The position numbers and the translations under genes were made by a program. The notes under the pieces were generated by a model. That model had not been told where the DNA came from, made no database searches, and worked only from the letters and a program-made list of their open reading frames with translations. A DNA stretch of 64,000 bases from the NCBI GenBank assembly GCA_001769505.1, contig MEOF01000051.1:8737-72736 (forward strand). The letters run 5' to 3'. The first letter of the stretch is position 1, and each line of letters begins with the position of its first letter. Of the stretch, positions 15,320 to 24,760 are shown in pieces. The DNA is from Bacteroidetes bacterium GWF2_33_38. Lineage in GTDB: Bacteria; Bacteroidota; Bacteroidia; Bacteroidales; GWF2-33-38.

Positions 15320-18286
15320 CTACAAAATGAAGTCTTTAGCGTATTTAAACGGATTTAATTTATTAATATTGAGTGTAAATCTAACTTTTTCAATATACGT
15401 TTTTGTAATCGGTGCATTTTCTTGTCTAATGTCTTTCGACATACTTACCGGAAAATATACTGCAAATATATCAGGAATAATGTAAAGTTCAATACCTGTT
15501 TCAAATGCGACGATTTGGCTGGAAGTTGAGGAGCCTGCTCCGGCAAAAGTTCCTGCATTTGCATATAGTTTTATCGGTAATTTACCTGGAATATTTGTTT
15601 TTACTCCGATTGTTGCTATCCAATTGTTAGTTTGCCCCACATATGTGTACGTTGTAAAACCACCATCGTTTTTCATAAATTGTTGCGACAAAATATGTTC
15701 ACCGTTGGTAGTGCTAATATTTTCCATTCGCCCTAAAAACGGATTGTCGTAAGTATAATCTTGCCAACCGGTGTTTCCGCTTAATCGAAAATTATAATTT
15801 CCGTAATAGGTTTCGGAGTTGTAAAGAAACTTTCCTGCAAAAACTCTTATTTCAAATCCTTTTTTATAATTTTCGTATGTAAACTTATATTTTCCTTCAA
15901 ATGAGCTTTTTACAAATCCTTTTCCTGCATCTATATTTAAATTTATCTCGAATGGATTAAATTTTCTAAAATTCGAATATGTGTAATGTACATTGTGATA
16001 AAAGCTGTAAGAAACCGAGTCGAATAGCAAATTCTCGAGATTTGTAAGATAATAGTTGCGAATCACAATTCTATTTTCAATTGATTTATTGATTGACTGA
16101 TTTTTGAATTTTGCATCGATTTCAAATTTTAATTTATGGAACGAATTTTCGTAAATCGAATATTTTGCTCCAGCCAAACTTATGGCAATGTACTGAAAAG
16201 GAGTTTTAACGGGAAATATATTATAATTAATTTTTGCTTCGCCCGATAGAGTTGTATTTCCGGAACTGAATAGCGGCATAATAAAATATTCAATCTTTTT
16301 TGTCGGAAAAACGCTGTTGTAAAATAAAAATCCCGGCATAATTTTGTCGTAATAATTAAATCCGATAATGGGAGCAAAGTATATTTTCGATTTTTCGGGA
16401 TTTTCGGCTGAACCAAGGAATTTTAATCCGATTTGTTTTCGTTTTTTGAAAAGTCCGGTTGAGTAAATGTAATTGTTTTTTTTGTTTACATCGGGCATGG
16501 CTTCTTCTAGATCAATTACAGCCTTTGTAAAATTTACATTCGGTAGATTAATACAATCTTTTTTTGAAATTGCTTTGTTCCAAAACGAATAAACAATACT
16601 ATCGTTGTTTAAAAGCGAAACCCTGAATGGACTTACTATCTGCCCAATATTCTTAACTGTTAATTCATTTTGTCGAAGCGACGATATCTTATAATCAACT
16701 CGTTTACGAGTTTGTAGTAAATCGTCGAAAAACCAATTCAAATCTTCCTTTGCATTATCTTTAAAAAGCTGAATAAAATCATCGGGCATAGGGTGTTTAA
16801 ATTTCCATTTCTCGAAATATATTTTCATAATTCTGTCAAATTCTTCGTTACCAAGATAATGTTTTAAGTAATTGAAAACGAAGGCATTCTTCCAATAGGT
16901 AATTACACCATAATTCATGGCATAAAATTCTTCTGATGCTAATGTACATTCTTGGTCAAGATTTCTGCGAGCATTGAATTGATAACCGATTTCGTACATT
17001 TTTCGTTGTGGGTACTGATAAATATCTAAAAATTGGCTTAATTTTCCTCCTACCGATTGGTAAAGCATTCGATTTGGATATTTATTTTCGAGATAACGCA
17101 ATTCGTAAAAAGAGTTTATTCCTTCGTCCATCCAAGGGTAATCGCGTTCGTTGCTCCCTAAAATTCCGTAAAACCAATTGTGTCCAACTTCATGCATAAT
17201 AACTTGCTCGAGTGAGTGTGCATCACTTGTAAAACCAATAATGGTAATGGTTGGATATTCCATGCCTCCTCCGGCACTCAAAGCTCCTTCAACTGCCGAA
17301 CAATTTTTGTATGGATAATCGCCAATCCAAAGCGAGTAATAATAAACAGCATCGTTGATATATTCTAATGCGTTTTTCCATAGCCGAGCTTGATAGTTTG
17401 TGAAAAATGCCCAAGTTGTAACAGTATCTTTTGAATGCGGAAGAACCACGTTTCCTTTTAAAACATTAAATCGTTTGTCGGCAAACCATGCAAAATCGTG
17501 AATTTTTTTTTCTGTATATCGAATTGTTTTAACCTTTTCTGATGATTTTGGAAATTCAATGTCTTTTGTAAAGCTTTGCATTTCATCTGTTTTTTTTGCT
17601 AATGAGTCGAGTATTGCGATTTCCGATTTGGTTTCCAAATTTCCTGTTGCTCCAACGATATAGTTTTCGGGTAAGGTGATTGAAACATCGTAATTTCCGT
17701 ATTCAGAATAAAATTCGCCCATATCTAGATATGGCATATGATGCCAGCCTTTTGAATCATAAACTGCCGGTTTTGGATACCATTGCGATAGTTGATAAGA
17801 TTCCTTGTAGTGTCCTAAACGTGAAATTTTTCCGCTTGGAATTTTGACATAAAAAGGAGTGGCAATTTTAATTTTTTCGCCGCTTAACAAAGGTTCATTC
17901 AAATATATTTTACAGATATCGATATTGTTTTTGTCGTATTCCCAATGAACACTATCTCCGTTAATTTTGAAATCTAATCCATCAATATATCCTTTGTCTT
18001 CGCTTGACGAACTGTAAAGCTTTTTGTTCATCATATTAATTTGCTGTTTAGCTAAGGCAGTATTATTATTTTTGTATCCATTGGGCCAAAGATGAAAATA
18101 TAGAAATGTAAGAGTATCTGGGGAATTATTTGTGTATTCAATAATTTCGTCGGCATAAATCATATGATTTGAGTCATCGAGTCGTACATTTATCTTGTAA
18201 TTTACCTCCTGCTGAAAATAGTTTTGCGAATATAAAGAAGACATGAAAAATATAAGCATTAAAACAAATGAAATGAATCGTCTCAT
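15320..18286 (-). CDS. M1-family zinc metallopeptidase with a long C-terminal extension
   Basis: GGMEYP (GxMEN-like) and HEVGHNWF...WMDEG (HExxH-x18-E). Signal peptide starts at MRRFISFVLMLIFFMSSLYSQ (start 18286, not 18373). Its stop abuts the lpxH start with no gap. Confidence 0.8.
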   Translation of the reverse strand: MRRFISFVLMLIFFMSSLYSQNYFQQEVNYKINVRLDDSNHMIYADEIIEYTNNSPDTLTFLYFHLWPNGYKNNNTALAKQQINMMNKKLYSSSSEDKGYIDGLDFKINGDSVHWEYDKNNIDICKIYLNEPLLSGEKIKIATPFYVKIPSGKISRLGHYKESYQLSQWYPKPAVYDSKGWHHMPYLDMGEFYSEYGNYDVSITLPENYIVGATGNLETKSEIAILDSLAKKTDEMQSFTKDIEFPKSSEKVKTIRYTEKKIHDFAWFADKRFNVLKGNVVLPHSKDTVTTWAFFTNYQARLWKNALEYINDAVYYYSLWIGDYPYKNCSAVEGALSAGGGMEYPTITIIGFTSDAHSLEQVIMHEVGHNWFYGILGSNERDYPWMDEGINSFYELRYLENKYPNRMLYQSVGGKLSQFLDIYQYPQRKMYEIGYQFNARRNLDQECTLASEEFYAMNYGVITYWKNAFVFNYLKHYLGNEEFDRIMKIYFEKWKFKHPMPDDFIQLFKDNAKEDLNWFFDDLLQTRKRVDYKISSLRQNELTVKNIGQIVSPFRVSLLNNDSIVYSFWNKAISKKDCINLPNVNFTKAVIDLEEAMPDVNKKNNYIYSTGLFKKRKQIGLKFLGSAENPEKSKIYFAPIIGFNYYDKIMPGFLFYNSVFPTKKIEYFIMPLFSSGNTTLSGEAKINYNIFPVKTPFQYIAISLAGAKYSIYENSFHKLKFEIDAKFKNQSINKSIENRIVIRNYYLTNLENLLFDSVSYSFYHNVHYTYSNFRKFNPFEINLNIDAGKGFVKSSFEGKYKFTYENYKKGFEIRVFAGKFLYNSETYYGNYNFRLSGNTGWQDYTYDNPFLGRMENISTTNGEHILSQQFMKNDGGFTTYTYVGQTNNWIATIGVKTNIPGKLPIKLYANAGTFAGAGSSTSSQIVAFETGIELYIIPDIFAVYFPVSMSKDIRQENAPITKTYIEKVRFTLNINKLNPFKYAKDFIL

Positions 18287-18429
18287 TTTTGAAATATTAA
18301 TATCCGAAAGTATGAAAAATATCGCAACAAAATAAGGTTTGGGTAAAAATGTGTATCGAAACATAAAATACAACAGAATTATATAAAATTTTTACAAAAT
18401 TTTATGATAAATTTTTGTTTATCTGATAT

Positions 18430-18437
18430 CATCTTTG
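18430..18437 (+). promoter_or_regulatory. Possible Bacteroidota -7 box (cAtcTTTG, near-match to TAnnTTTG)
   Basis: It lies 31 nt upstream of ATG 18468, the same spacing as the box upstream of nqrA. Confidence 0.3.
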
Positions 18438-18467
18438 TAGAGTAAAAAAATATAAAAATCATACATT

Positions 18468-18716
18468 ATGAATATTAATCGAAATATTGCTATAAGCGAC
18501 ACTGGATTTGTTTTTGACCCTTCGTCTGGCGACTCATACTCCTTGAATCCGGTTGGAACCGAAATTATTCAGCTTCTGAAAAAACAAAAAACAATCGAAG
18601 AAATTCAAGTTGAAATAGTGAGTAAGTACGAAGTAGATGATGTTCAGCTCGAAAAAGATATTATTGATTTTATTCTAACGCTTGAACAATACAATTTAAT
18701 CGAAAACAATGAGTAA
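18468..18716 (+). CDS. PqqD-family small protein (82 aa)
   Basis: FVFDPSSGDSYSLNPVGTEIIQLLKKQKTIEEI...DVQLEKDIIDFILTLEQYNLI fits the PqqD/RRE-like pattern. The C-terminus is ...ENNE. Confidence 0.75.
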   Translation: MNINRNIAISDTGFVFDPSSGDSYSLNPVGTEIIQLLKKQKTIEEIQVEIVSKYEVDDVQLEKDIIDFILTLEQYNLIENNE

Positions 18717-19755
18717 GCGGAAATTAACCATTGCAGTTACCGGCTTAAACAATACCGATAATCCGGGGCCAGGAATCCCCGTTATTAGAGGATTGAGAGA
18801 TTCCGAAGAATTTGAAGTTCGTATTATTGGTTTAGCATACGAAAACCTTGAGCCGGGAATATACATGCACGATATTGTTGATAAAACATATCAAATTCCC
18901 TATCCGTCAGCTGGAACAGAAGTTTTATTAGCTCGTCTTGAATACATTAATTCGATCGAAAAAATCGATGTTTTAATTCCAAATTTTGATGCTGAATTGA
19001 ATACATTTATGCGTTCGGCTGATAAACTTAAAAAGATGGGAATCAGGACTTTTTTGCCAACTCTCGAGCAATATGAAGAACGACATAAATCGGTTTTACC
19101 TGAATATGGCGAAAAATATGATGTTAGAGTTCCAAAAAGTAAAGCAATTTTTAATGCATCTGACATCTATTCGTTAAACGATGACTTTACTTATCCTGTA
19201 ATGGTAAAAGGAAAATTTTACGATGCATTTATTGCATACAATACTGAGCAGGTAAAAATGCATTTTAATAAAATAAGTTCGAAGTGGGGCTTGCCTGTAA
19301 TTATTCAAGAATTCGTGAAAGGAGTTGAGGTAAATGTTGTTGCATTAGGCGATGGAAAAGGAAATGTGGTGGGAGCAGTTCCAATGCGAAAACAGTTTAT
19401 TACTGACAAAGGAAAAGCGTGGGCTGGAATAACGTTGAAGGATGATAAAATGTTGGAACAAACTCAAAAAATATTTTCTGCAACTAAATGGCGTGGCGGA
19501 ATGGAGTTAGAATTGATTAAAACCAACGACGGGAAATATTATTTAATTGAAATCAATCCTCGACTTCCTGCATGGGTTTATTTAGCAGTGGGAGCGGGGC
19601 AAAATCTTCCTGAAGCTCTTGTAAAACTTGCATTGGGAGAAGACGTTAAGCCTTATGAAAATTATCAAGTAGGTAAATTATTTATTCGATATTCATACGA
19701 TTTAATCTGCGATATTGCTGAATTTGAACAGCTTTCGACTTTTGGAGAATTATAA
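18709..19755 (+). CDS. ATP-grasp domain ligase
   Basis: 348 aa with YPVMVKGKFY, VIIQEFVKGVEVNV and YYLIEINPRLPAWVYL. Its start overlaps the upstream stop (ATGAGTAA). Confidence 0.8.
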   Translation: MSKRKLTIAVTGLNNTDNPGPGIPVIRGLRDSEEFEVRIIGLAYENLEPGIYMHDIVDKTYQIPYPSAGTEVLLARLEYINSIEKIDVLIPNFDAELNTFMRSADKLKKMGIRTFLPTLEQYEERHKSVLPEYGEKYDVRVPKSKAIFNASDIYSLNDDFTYPVMVKGKFYDAFIAYNTEQVKMHFNKISSKWGLPVIIQEFVKGVEVNVVALGDGKGNVVGAVPMRKQFITDKGKAWAGITLKDDKMLEQTQKIFSATKWRGGMELELIKTNDGKYYLIEINPRLPAWVYLAVGAGQNLPEALVKLALGEDVKPYENYQVGKLFIRYSYDLICDIAEFEQLSTFGEL

Positions 19756-19772
19756 AAATAGCAACAAAATAT

Positions 19773-21125
19773 ATGGAAAAATTAATATACGAAAGACCGC
19801 TAATTAAAAAATTAGTTACCGGCATGCCCAATAAATTTGGGATGAAAACAGTTAATGAGCCGATTAGCCATATCGAAAATATTTCGGTAAAAGAATTACT
19901 CGAAAAATATGGCTCGCCACTTTATGTAATATCCGAAAAAACAATTCGAAAAGTATTTAAAACTGCCAAAAGAGCTTTTGAAACCCGATATCCAAAAGTT
20001 CAATTTGCGTGGTCGTATAAAACAAATTATCTCAATTCGGTTTGCAATGTTTATCATCAAGAAGGCTCGTGGGCAGAAGTTGTTTCGGGTTTTGAATACG
20101 ATAAAGCCATCGGGAATGGAGTTGATGGAAATCATATTTTGTTTAACGGACCTGATAAAAGTGAGGCTGATTTAACAAAGGCAATTAAGAATGGTTCATA
20201 CATTCACATCGATAATTTCGATGAACTTTACACTATAGTTAAACTTGTTGACGAGATTAAAGAAAAGCCTAAATTGGCAATTCGAGTAAATATGGATACT
20301 GGAATATTTCCGCAGTGGGATCGCTTTGGGTTTAATTATGAAAATGGTGAAGCATGGAAGGCGTTGAATCAGATTTTGATGAACGAAAAGCTCGAATTAG
20401 TTGGATTACATTGCCACATTGGAACTTACATTATGAAAACGGATGCTTATGCTGTTGCGGCTTCGAAATTAGCCGAATTGGCGGTTAGGATTAAAAATAA
20501 ATTTAATAAAAACATAAAATATATTGATTTAGGTGGCGGATTTGCTTCGAAAAATACGCTTAAAGGAGCATATCTTCCAGCATCTGATACTGTTCCGTCG
20601 TTTGACGAATACGCTGAGGCGATAAGCAATGCATTGTTAACATCAGAGCTTGAGCCTCAGCATATGCCAACCTTAATTTTGGAAACAGGACGAGCTTTAA
20701 TCGACGATTCTGCATATCTTTTAGGAACCGTGCAAGCAATTAAACGCCTTGCCGATGGACGACGTTCAATGATTATTGATGTTGGCGTAAATTTATTGTT
20801 TACCGCTTTTTGGTATGAGCATACAATTACTCCAGCTCAACCATTTTCGCAATACACCGAAGATACAGTTATATATGGTCCATTGTGTATGAATATTGAT
20901 GTGATCCGCGAAAACATTAACTTCCCCTTATTGAAAAAAGGAGATAACTTCGTGATTAATAGAATTGGAGCATACAATATGACTCAATGGTTACAATTTA
21001 TTACTTTACGACCAAATATTGTTATGATTGATTTAGAAGGTAAAGTTCATATTGTGAGAGAGCGAGAAACCAACGAGAATATCACAAATTCAGAAAGATT
21101 ACCGATGCATTTACAAAAGAAATAA
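19773..21125 (+). CDS. Fold-III PLP-dependent decarboxylase (Orn/DAP/Arg decarboxylase family, LysA-like)
   Basis: YGSPLYV, SYKTN (PLP lysine context), HCHIGT, DLGGGF, ETGRAL, GPLCMNID and IGAYN. It has a ~40-aa N-terminal extension. Confidence 0.85.
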   Translation: MEKLIYERPLIKKLVTGMPNKFGMKTVNEPISHIENISVKELLEKYGSPLYVISEKTIRKVFKTAKRAFETRYPKVQFAWSYKTNYLNSVCNVYHQEGSWAEVVSGFEYDKAIGNGVDGNHILFNGPDKSEADLTKAIKNGSYIHIDNFDELYTIVKLVDEIKEKPKLAIRVNMDTGIFPQWDRFGFNYENGEAWKALNQILMNEKLELVGLHCHIGTYIMKTDAYAVAASKLAELAVRIKNKFNKNIKYIDLGGGFASKNTLKGAYLPASDTVPSFDEYAEAISNALLTSELEPQHMPTLILETGRALIDDSAYLLGTVQAIKRLADGRRSMIIDVGVNLLFTAFWYEHTITPAQPFSQYTEDTVIYGPLCMNIDVIRENINFPLLKKGDNFVINRIGAYNMTQWLQFITLRPNIVMIDLEGKVHIVRERETNENITNSERLPMHLQKK

Positions 21126-21139
21126 ATTTCAGAATAAAA

Positions 21140-21170
21140 TACCATCAAGGTTTCAAAAACCTTGATGGTA
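21140..21170. other. 14-bp perfect hairpin between the decarboxylase and UT/M23 genes
   Basis: taccatcaaggttt-caa-aaaccttgatggta with no T-run. It could be an intra-operon attenuator or processing site. Confidence 0.6.
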
Positions 21171-21187
21171 TAAAATCCGACTGAAAA

Positions 21188-23377
21188 ATGAAAGAAAAAA
21201 TAACATCTGTTTTAAACAGCATTTTAAATAGTTATTCGCAAATATTTTTTTCAAACAATAAAATATTTGCAGGCTTAATAATGCTCGTTTCTTTTTTCGA
21301 TGTTTTCGCCGGAATTGCAGGACTATTATCTATTGTAATTGCAAACTTAGTTGCTTATTTCTTGGGCTTCGATAGAATTAAAATAACGAAAGGGATATAC
21401 GGTTTTAATGCCTTACTCGTCGGAATAGGGATTGGAATTTATTATCAACCTAGTTATTTGCTGTTTTTAATTCTAGCGATTTCGGCTATTTTAACATTTT
21501 TGATAACGATTGTTATTGAAGGGATTTTAAGTAAATATAGATTGCCATTTTTAAGTATTCCTTTCCTTTTGGCTTTTTGGGCAATTACGTTGGCAACATC
21601 TCAGTTTACAGCATTGGGAATAAGCCAACGATGGATTTACGCTTTAAACGACTTGTATTTGCTTGGAGGTCAAGATTTAGTCGATTTATATCTTTGGTGG
21701 AACGAAATACCTATTTTTTTATCTTTAAAAGCTTATTTTATTTCGCTGGGAGCGATATTCTTTCAATATAGCGTTTTGGCAGGAATTTTAATTTCGCTTG
21801 GAATATTAATTTATTCGAGAATTGCTTTTACACTTTCGCTGATAGGTTTTTATGCAGCCTATCTTTTTTACAATTTAATAGGAGCAGAAATAACCGAAAT
21901 TACGTACACATATATAGGATTTAATTACATTCTTTCGTCGATTGCAATAGGTGGGTTTTTTCTCATCCCATCGTACAAATCTTATGTGTGGACAATCGTG
22001 CTAGTGCCTATTGTCGCAGTTTTGACAATAAGTTCAAGCATTATATTTTACACTTTTGGATTGTCGGTTTTTTCTTTGCCTTTCAATATTATTGTTCTTT
22101 CGTTTTTGTATGTTTTAAAGTTGAGATTAAGTTACGGAAAAGGCTTGAATGAAGTTGTTGTTCAGCACAATAGTCCTGAAAAGAATTTATCTAGTCATAA
22201 AATTGCAAATGTCCGTTTTGGAAAAAGTTTAGTGTATATTCCCATTAAATTACCGTTTTGGGGCGAGTGGACCATTTCTCAAGGGCACGATGGTGATTAT
22301 ACGCACAAAAAAGAATGGCGTCATGCTTGGGATTTTTTAATTAACGATGAAGATGGAAAACAATATCAGGGAGATGGGAAAAATATTGACGATTATTATG
22401 TTTACAACAAGAATGTGCTGGCTACAGCTGATGGCTACATTAACGATATTTTGGACGATGTAAAAGATAATAATCTTGGGGAAATAAATTTAGAACAAAA
22501 TTGGGGAAATACCATTGTGATTAAACATCACGAATATTTATATTCAAAATTATCGCATTTAAAAGCTGGCTCGTTAAAAATAAAAAAAGGAGAATTTGTA
22601 AAACAAGGTCAGGTAATTGCACAGTGCGGAAACTCTGGGCGTTCGCCATATCCGCATTTGCATTTTCAACTGCAAGTAACTCCATATATCGGTTCAAAAA
22701 CAATTTCATATCCAATCAGTCATTTTATCACAAAAGAAAAAAATAAATATAAATTTCATTATTACGAAATTCCTAGCGAGAATGAAGTTGTATCGAATAT
22801 TCAAACGAATGAATTACTTAAAAATGCATTTAATTTTATCGTTGGAAAAAAACTTTCGTTCACAATTTCTGATGGATTGCAGGAGCGAGACGTAAACTGG
22901 GAAATTAAACAAGATTTTTATGGAAATTCTTACGTTGAGTGCGAAACTTCAAAATCAAAAGCATTTTTCATAAACGATGGTGTTCTTTTTTCGTTCAAAC
23001 ATTTCGAGGGCGATAAGAAATCATTTTTGTATCAATTTATGCTAAGTTTATACAATGTTCAATTGGGATTTTATGTAAATATGAAAATTTCAGACCTTAT
23101 TTCGGCAGATTTGATTTTTAAAAATTATCAACGACTACCACAAGATTTTGTGTCGCCTTTTTTCACATATCTGAAAGGAAACTATTCGTTGAATTATGTT
23201 TCTAACGACGATGCTTTTTCTTCTACCGAAATAGTTTTGGGTTCTCAGATTGAAAAAAAGATTTTTAATGCATCAACTCTATTTAGTCAATCAACAATTA
23301 CGATTACTTCGAAAGGAATTGACAAAATTTATGTTGAAAGTAAAAATCAAAAAGTAACCGCAAAACGAAATGAGTAA
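21188..23377 (+). CDS. Fusion protein: urea-transporter-like polytopic domain + M23 metallopeptidase domain + unassigned ~230-aa C-terminal region
   Basis: The N-terminus LNSYSQIFFSNNKIFAGLIML is followed by 10-11 hydrophobic helices. M23 block: HAWDF...GNTIVIKHH...SHL...GQVIAQCGNSGRSPYPHLHFQ. Confidence 0.75.
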   Translation: MKEKITSVLNSILNSYSQIFFSNNKIFAGLIMLVSFFDVFAGIAGLLSIVIANLVAYFLGFDRIKITKGIYGFNALLVGIGIGIYYQPSYLLFLILAISAILTFLITIVIEGILSKYRLPFLSIPFLLAFWAITLATSQFTALGISQRWIYALNDLYLLGGQDLVDLYLWWNEIPIFLSLKAYFISLGAIFFQYSVLAGILISLGILIYSRIAFTLSLIGFYAAYLFYNLIGAEITEITYTYIGFNYILSSIAIGGFFLIPSYKSYVWTIVLVPIVAVLTISSSIIFYTFGLSVFSLPFNIIVLSFLYVLKLRLSYGKGLNEVVVQHNSPEKNLSSHKIANVRFGKSLVYIPIKLPFWGEWTISQGHDGDYTHKKEWRHAWDFLINDEDGKQYQGDGKNIDDYYVYNKNVLATADGYINDILDDVKDNNLGEINLEQNWGNTIVIKHHEYLYSKLSHLKAGSLKIKKGEFVKQGQVIAQCGNSGRSPYPHLHFQLQVTPYIGSKTISYPISHFITKEKNKYKFHYYEIPSENEVVSNIQTNELLKNAFNFIVGKKLSFTISDGLQERDVNWEIKQDFYGNSYVECETSKSKAFFINDGVLFSFKHFEGDKKSFLYQFMLSLYNVQLGFYVNMKISDLISADLIFKNYQRLPQDFVSPFFTYLKGNYSLNYVSNDDAFSSTEIVLGSQIEKKIFNASTLFSQSTITITSKGIDKIYVESKNQKVTAKRNE

Positions 23378-24749
23378 AGTCTTAAAAATAACGCTTATAG
23401 TAATTTTTCTCTTTATGAACCTTTTGTCAATCGGACAAGAAAAATTTTCATTTCTTGAAGTTGATAAACTGACGTATCAAAACTATCTCGAAAAAAAATG
23501 GGATTCGATTATCGAAACAGGAAATAAGGCAATATCACAAAATATTGATTATTATTATTTGCGAATTCGTTTGGGAATTGCGTATTACGAAACTCAGCAG
23601 TACGAAAAAGCGATTGTAAATTTCGAGAAATCATTAGAGTTTAATTCAAACGATGCCTTGGCTAACGAATATATTTGGTATTCGTATTTGTTTTTAGGGC
23701 AATATGAAGAAGCTCAGTTGTTTGCAGATGGTTTTTCGCAAGAACTCAAAAATAAGTTAAAAATTAGCAAATCGGGGTTTATAAAAAACATTGCATTTGA
23801 TTCGGGTTACGCCTTTAATTCCGATTTCGAGGATTTGAAAAATTCAATTATCGACAATGTAGATGCTATTGCCTACGAAAAAAAAATATTTAAGTCCCAA
23901 TTTCATAACAGTTTGTTGCTCAACTTTAATTTATCGAAACGTATTTCGTTAACTACGGCTTATACAAATTTGAATGTGAATTCCTATCATTGGACAAAAT
24001 TGAGCGATACCGAAATACACGATGGAATATTTAATACTCGCCAACATCAGCTTTATGCAAAATTGAATTTATACAATCGCAAAAAATCAAATTTATATGT
24101 AGCATTTAATTATTCGCCTGCGGTCGCCAATGAGCAAGTGTTGATATTCGACGACAGTTCGCTGCCTCCTACAGTTAGCGTTGAAACTCGTGATACAAAA
24201 ATGAATAGTTTTGCATTTGTGCTCGGAAATCGAAAAACGAAACGACTTATTAGCAGAAATCTTTTTTTAAGTTATTCCTCAATCAATTTTTTCAAACAGT
24301 TGCAAATAGGATATTCGTTGTTAGCTTACGCTAATAGCCGAAAAAATACATACTTTTCGACTCAGGTAGTTTTGTGGAACGAACCCAATCCCGAAAAAAG
24401 ACAGGGCAAAGGAGGTGGGATAAAACCTATAAGTCGATTTATGTTTGAGCCTTCATTTGGATTTAAAATTAGTAGCGTTTGGATTAATGGTTTCGCAACT
24501 ATCGGAGATGTTAAAAATTATGTCGAAGCCGATGGTTTGATTATAAATAACAACAGCGATTTAATATCGTTTCGTACCGGAATTTCGTTGTATGTGCCCA
24601 TAACTACAAAAATTTCATTTCTAGCAAAAACACTAATGAGTGTAGGCGAAAGCGAATATATATTTACTAAAACGCCAGCAAGTATGAGTGAAACGCCCTT
24701 CTCATACACATTTTATTATGGAATAGGAAGTATTCAATATAAATTTTAA
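23370..24749 (+). CDS. Exported TPR protein fused to a putative outer-membrane beta-barrel
   Basis: Signal peptide, TPR-like helices (aa ~30-130), then amphipathic beta-strand patterning ending ...YYGIGSIQYKF. Its start overlaps the upstream stop (ATGAGTAA). Confidence 0.6.
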   Translation: MSKVLKITLIVIFLFMNLLSIGQEKFSFLEVDKLTYQNYLEKKWDSIIETGNKAISQNIDYYYLRIRLGIAYYETQQYEKAIVNFEKSLEFNSNDALANEYIWYSYLFLGQYEEAQLFADGFSQELKNKLKISKSGFIKNIAFDSGYAFNSDFEDLKNSIIDNVDAIAYEKKIFKSQFHNSLLLNFNLSKRISLTTAYTNLNVNSYHWTKLSDTEIHDGIFNTRQHQLYAKLNLYNRKKSNLYVAFNYSPAVANEQVLIFDDSSLPPTVSVETRDTKMNSFAFVLGNRKTKRLISRNLFLSYSSINFFKQLQIGYSLLAYANSRKNTYFSTQVVLWNEPNPEKRQGKGGGIKPISRFMFEPSFGFKISSVWINGFATIGDVKNYVEADGLIINNNSDLISFRTGISLYVPITTKISFLAKTLMSVGESEYIFTKTPASMSETPFSYTFYYGIGSIQYKF

Positions 24750-24760
24750 AAATATACATA

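Noticed and set aside
18374-18467. I searched for a short RiPP precursor ORF (graspetide or lasso type) next to the PqqD/ATP-grasp genes.
   Set aside because: The flanking gaps (94, 17, 62 and 11 nt) are too short. I saw no Thr/Ser/Asp/Glu-rich core-peptide ORF, and no lasso cyclase, protease or radical-SAM partner is present.
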